The notes below the pieces were generated by a model that did no database searches, was not told the DNA's origin, and was given only the letters and a program-made list of their open reading frames with translations. A program made the position numbers and the translations under genes. Source: Trichoplax adhaerens (Eukaryota > Animalia > Placozoa). Taken from it: a stretch of DNA of 13,158 nucleotides. The stretch spans positions 1-13,158 of the forward strand of contig NW_002061069.1 of assembly GCF_000150275.1 (NCBI RefSeq), in the 5' to 3' direction. Within the stretch, counting starts at the first letter, position 1. Each line of letters starts with the position of its first letter. This document shows, piece after piece, positions 10,820 through 13,158 of this stretch.

Positions 10820-10924
10820 TTTTGGAAGGCCTTCAATGTGGTAGCTCATCGCAACAAATTCCATCCAGTAAATTCTGCGACTGTAAGACCGATTGCCACA
10901 ATGGACAAGATGAAAGAGATTGTA
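10820..10924 (+). CDS. LDL-receptor class A (LDLa) module exon (LEGLQCGSSSQQIPSSKFCDCKTDCHNGQDERDC), probably the N-terminal part of the next LGR gene
   Basis: Acceptor 'tcttttggtag' ends at 10819 and donor 'TGTA|gtaagt' begins at 10925. It is a 105-nt symmetric phase 1-1 exon with the hallmark C-D-x3-D-C-x-(D/N)-G-x-D-E-x2-C motif. It is too short for the ORF track. Confidence 0.85.
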
Positions 10925-10986
10925 GTAAGTATCGTACTTTATATAAACTTAAGTATTATCATTTACATTATTAATCTTCGACCTCT

Positions 10987-11202
10987 AGTACTGACAAATT
11001 GAAGCATGAGCTATCGTATCCCTCGATTCTACATTTGAGCGTAGGCTTTGCAGCTACAATTAATATAAGTTACTGGTGAAATTAAGGTGGCTAAATAAAA
11101 GCTAACGATTAATCTTGTATCTTACAGTACTGTATAACAAAGTTGCGGTTCTTGTAAAAAGTTGAGGTATACGATAGCTTTCTTACTAGTTCTAGGAGTA
11201 CT
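10987..11202. repeat. Degenerate inverted repeat / MITE-like foldback
   Basis: AGCTATCGTATCCCTC (11009-11024) pairs 15/16 with GAGGTATACGATAGCT (11164-11179). Weaker pairing extends inward, and AGTACT lies at both outer ends (10987 and 11197). Confidence 0.5.
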
Positions 11203-11733
11203 TTCATTGATTTACAGAGTAGTTCAATCGCGTTTATCTGTATCTCAGATACTGTAAAGAAGTTTCCAATTAATTTGTAAGTTTTCTGAAAGATTTTTAT
11301 CGTAATTTGCAGTAGTCATTCTATACTAGTAGTACTAATGTATAGATTTAAGATTTTGTTATTATTACTAGTACATGTATCTCGATCATGGTAAGCACTA
11401 TACTCTATCTATTAACAATAGTATGCAAAACAATATCATGGTTTCGTTTATTACGGTACTTATTCTGAACACATTGAGATTCAAATGTTGCACTACCAAA
11501 TTTTAGTCTTCTATATAAGGTATTATGAATAAGTACTCCACGTATTTGAAGTTTGATAATATCTATGGCGGATAGATTTCATGCCCTACATGATAACTAG
11601 AAATTAAATGAGCTCGAATGTTACAATAACGTAGTTTCAGAAAGCAGTTTATAATTCTAGTTGTAGTAAGCTATACTTTGGTGTTGCATTTTACTGCGTA
11701 TTTATTTAGGGCACTGCTACAGTAATATCAGTA

Positions 11734-11783
11734 NNNNNNNNNNNNNNNNNNNNNNNNNNNNNNNNNNNNNNNNNNNNNNNNNN
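11734..11783. other. Assembly gap (50 N; true size unknown)
   Basis: Run of n characters. Confidence 0.99.
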
Positions 11784-11904
11784 ATACATACATCAAATCA
11801 AAAGACTGTAAATTAAAGAATATTATGGGTTGTTTGTGGTACTGTAAAGGAAATGAATGTAGAATCGAAATAGATGGTGGCAAGAAGCTATTTCCGGATA
11901 AATT
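11784..11904 (+). CDS. Copy 2 pseudokinase exon K1 (5' part hidden in the gap)
   Basis: Homologous to 2201-2321 with V->I and A->P changes. Donor gtaggt at 11905 is retained. Confidence 0.7.
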
Positions 11905-11991
11905 GTAGGTCGTGTTTTTTTTAGCTTTCATAAGGTATGTACATTCTGTATTTATACAGGTGTATTTACAAGATATATCCTTTTTTCGTAG

Positions 11992-12190
11992 TATAACTTG
12001 TTTTACAGCAGACGCCAATGACATTATGCTTCTGAGCAATTCCATCCGTTTGCAATCCGATTACCTGACATCACATCGGATTCTGCAAATTAGCATGAAT
12101 ATTATACAAGCAATTCAATCTTTACACCTGAATAATATAGTCCATGGATCAATAAATACCGATGCTGTTATTCTACTTATTTCGCCGAAG
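11992..12190 (+). CDS. Copy 2 pseudokinase exon K2
   Basis: Homologous to 2408-2606 with two synonymous changes only. The acceptor changed cag->tag and is still canonical. Donor gtacgt at 12191. Confidence 0.8.
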
Positions 12191-12670
12191 GTACGTAAAA
12201 GCACATTTAAAGGCCGATATTCAAACGATAATACAACAATTCTGAAATATTTAAGTTCTATTAGTTTATTTTGACCATGCCTATAATTTGTGCATGGTTT
12301 GCCTACAAAACTAATATCTTCATTAATTTACTTGAATGTAGTCTATGCCAGTGGTATTAATCAATATAAGAATGGGTCATTAAATAATTCTTACTATGTT
12401 TAATCTACTTATAAAATAAATTTAGAATTAGAAATTTATAGATTCACGAATATCAATTTCCTCTCAAAATACAATGTAGAAATACTGTATCGCTACTAAA
12501 AATTATTAGTAGTCAATAAATTTCACAGATACAATTCTGGTCATTCGAATATCATGCTTATTACGAATTAGTCGAATTTCTATTACTATTTATATCGGTA
12601 CTATCTATCCTTTATCGAAAAGTCATGATATAACTGATAAATTATTACTTGTTTAAATTTATATATCTAG

Positions 12671-12919
12671 GAACCGATTACCGCCTTATTAGGCAAATTT
12701 TCAAATACGACGATATTTAAAAACGATCTTCATGAAAAGTACAGAAATCGATACCGTCAATTAATAAAAACAGATATTTCTGACTTTGCATTATTGTGCA
12801 ATGAATTAAGTTCATACTGCCAAACGCAAATCGATCAAATTAATGAGAGCCAATTGCAACCAGATAAAGTGATGCAAGCTAGCGAAGGTATTGAATCTTG
12901 GAGATCAGTAAACGAAAAA
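12671..12919 (+). CDS. Copy 2 pseudokinase exon K3
   Basis: Homologous to 3085-3333 with a single ATG->ATA (M->I) change. Splice sites are intact. Confidence 0.8.
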
Positions 12920-13158
12920 GTAAGTATCTACTTTAATAAACTGCATTAACTGTACGTAGTTGACTTCTAGCGACAAGTGCTTAGCGAAGCAGTAATGATA
13001 TAACTAAACTTTGAGTAACACAAGCATATTGTAAGGTAGTAAAACAGCAATTACTGTCGTAAACTGTTATATTATACTCGTATGTCTGTGCATAACTAGC
13101 TGTATTGACATATAGTGATTGATGTAAATGCCAATGATATTACGAAACTATAATAGAT

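Larger units (their letters stand above)
11784..13158 (+). repeat. Direct duplicate (~98% identical) of 2201-3572, covering pseudokinase exons K1-K3 and their introns
   Basis: Manual alignment at offset 9583-9586 gives about 26 substitutions and three 1-nt insertions. It begins exactly at the gap edge and runs off the window end. Confidence 0.97.

Noticed and set aside
1-13158. Prokaryotic systems (CRISPR array, operons, IS elements) and tRNA/rRNA genes
   Set aside because: No regularly spaced repeats or RNA-gene signatures were seen. The spliceosomal introns and gene content are eukaryotic.

Overview
AT-rich eukaryotic (animal-like) genomic DNA with short GT-AG introns and a 50-N assembly gap at 11734-11783. 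The composition and gene family would fit an early-branching metazoan such as a placozoan, but that is inference. The left 3.7 kb holds the 3' half of a + strand leucine-rich-repeat GPCR (LGR, RXFP/GRL101-like; hinge plus 7TM exon at 192-1246). Phase-compatible canonical splice sites join it through a 68-nt linker exon to four exons encoding a 258-aa protein-kinase-fold domain whose catalytic motifs are all lost (HRD->HGS, DFG->KFS, no VAIK Lys, no Gly loop). The result is a putative LGR-pseudokinase fusion receptor. The ORF track misses this because the gene is spliced. A second, ~98% identical copy of the pseudokinase exons and introns lies at 11784-13158, and an LDLa exon at 10820-10924 precedes it across the gap. 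This suggests tandem LDLa-(LRR)-7TM-pseudokinase genes. The spacer holds two solo LTRs with perfect 5-bp TSDs and two weaker LTR-like elements, and a degenerate inverted repeat lies just downstream of the LDLa exon.
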